Assembly: GCF_000195855.1 (NCBI RefSeq)
Contig: NC_002677.1
Span: forward strand, 510,001-542,000
Reading direction: 5' to 3'
DNA length: 32,000 nucleotides
From: Mycobacterium leprae TN
GTDB taxonomy: Bacteria > Actinomycetota > Actinomycetes > Mycobacteriales > Mycobacteriaceae
Of the stretch, positions 30,827 to 32,000 are shown piece by piece; position 1 is the first letter of the stretch; each line of letters begins with the position of its first letter. A program made the position numbers and the translations under genes. The notes under the pieces were generated by a model that searched no databases, was not told where the DNA came from, and was given only the letters and a program-made list of their open reading frames with translations.

Positions 30827-31483
30827 TTATTACTCTCGACCCAGAACCGGTGCAACTCGTCTGTCCAGATAAGATGCTGACGGTGAGATGTCGACGGCCG
30901 AATGTTGCTACAACGTCGGATCTTCCCGCCGAGACTATCGTGGCCTCTACGAGCTGATGGTGGTTACCCGAGGGCTCGACACCGAGTTCGTCAACCTGAA
31001 GCGCCAGGTAAGTTGGCGCTGTTCGCGTTTTGTCGTGGTCAGGCAGTTGCGCAGGTAGGCGTTGCGGCCTGCCTCGCAAGAAATACTGGCTGTTTCCCAG
31101 TGCTGTCAGTTGTATGTCTATACTCGTGTGCGGTATACATGCACGGGCATGCTAGCGCAGCATGCCGCGCAACCTGGTATAGCCGGATGGAATTCACCAA
31201 GAAACATTGTGTTCCGATGTCGATTTCGATCTGTACTCAAACTCTGCATACGGTCGGGGCGGCGATGGCTGCATAACGGCTAGGCGAGGACTCTGTGACG
31301 GTGGTCTGCCTTGGCGGCGGTACCACCAGCGTAGGCGATGTGCACGAGGCTCTGAACTTCGCGGAGGTTTTCTAAGCAACGGATTTCGACATCGACGAAG
31401 TGTTCACCACAGTGAACGCGTGAAATCACGCCGGGACTTCAGGAGTAGCGACAACAGCTGCCAAGTCGAACTGGACTGAGTGA
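30827..31483 (+). pseudogene. bkdA: Relic of branched-chain keto acid dehydrogenase E1 alpha BkdA (Rv2497c-like), internally deleted
   Basis: 'LDPEPVQLVCPDKM', 'LYELMVVTRGLDTEFVNLKRQ', 'KLALFAFCRGQAVAQVGVAACL', 'TQTLHTVGAAMAA*RLGEDSVTVVCLGGGTTSVGDVHEALNFAEVF', then directly 'DFDIDEVFTTVNA'. Confidence 0.9.
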
Positions 31484-31495
31484 AGTATACGGGCA

Positions 31496-32000
31496 TGGCT
31501 TCGACGCTGATCCTCCGGCAAGTTCGAGTGAAGCGCTCACGGTGGCAGTAGATGCTGCTGCACTCGGTGCACAGCCAATGACCATGGTAGCTGCGCTCAA
31601 TCGTGCACTGCATGATGTAATGACAGCCGACAACTGGGTGTGCTGTTAGGCGAAGACGTCTCCACCGCGGATGGAGTATTCCGGGGTACCGGGGATTGGC
31701 CGAAACATATTCGGCGAGAAGCGCTGCTTATACACATCGTTTGCCGAGTCAGCGCTGATCGGCATCGCCATCGGACTCACGCTGCGTGGCTTTGACCCGG
31801 TTCCTGAAATCCAGTTCGACGGCTTTTCTTACCCAGTCTTCGATAGGTGGTCAGCCTTCTAGCGAAGTACTGGACCCGTACTCGCAGTGAAGGTGAATAT
31901 GCGGGTCACGGGCCGGATTCCGTCGTTTGGCGTCATCGGTGCAGCCAAACATCGCTCGGACTTTACTGCAATCTATTGGGTGCACACCGCGGTCCTGAAA
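31496..32000 (+). pseudogene. bkdB: 5' part of BkdB relic (branched-chain keto acid dehydrogenase E1 beta, Rv2496c-like), continues past window
   Basis: 'FAESALIGIAIGLTLRGFDPVPEIQFDGFSYPVFD', 'GRIPSFGVIGAAKHRSDFTAIYWVHTA' with upstream frames 'TMVAALNRALHD'-like. Confidence 0.88.

Overview
This window is a heavily decayed mycobacterial segment, most consistent with Mycobacterium leprae or the closely related M. lepromatosis. That attribution is an inference from protein similarity and pseudogene density. About ten intact genes sit among long runs of pseudogenes that can still be read codon by codon when frames are joined. From left to right the window holds: relic of a LpqD-like lipoprotein (-), relic of HtdY/Rv3389c MaoC dehydratase (+), intact trehalose-6-phosphate phosphatase OtsB2 (-), relic of Rv3371-like wax ester/diacylglycerol acyltransferase (-), relic of error-prone polymerase DnaE2 (+) with a degraded LexA box, relic of Rv3369-like PPOX protein (-), intact nitroreductase (+), intact TrmL/SpoU methylase (-), relic of the Rv3365c-Rv3362c sensor/roadblock/DUF742/GTPase operon plus an MfpA pentapeptide relic (+), a synteny junction, intact Bcp peroxiredoxin (-), intact DUF3618 protein (+), tRNA-Lys(CUU) (-), intact L,D-transpeptidase (+), tRNA-His(GUG) (-), intact oligoribonuclease (-), relic of DUF853 HerA-like ATPase (+), intact SDR (-), intact MFS transporter (+), intact proline-rich MmpS-like membrane protein (-), and then an almost completely dead acyl-CoA/branched-chain catabolic operon (fadD35-scoA-scoB-accD1-accA1-fadE19-MaoC-citE-bkdA-bkdB, +). 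I see no CRISPR, phage, transposase or convincing new multigene system. The most notable signals are two perfect 16-bp-stem hairpins, a fossil SOS box upstream of the dnaE2 relic, an MfpA relic, fossil start/stop coupling and a fossil biotinylation site in the dead operon, an internal deletion in bkdA, and a stop-loss-like Cys-Cys tail on Bcp. Homolog assignments come from recalled M. tuberculosis protein sequences. No database search was run.
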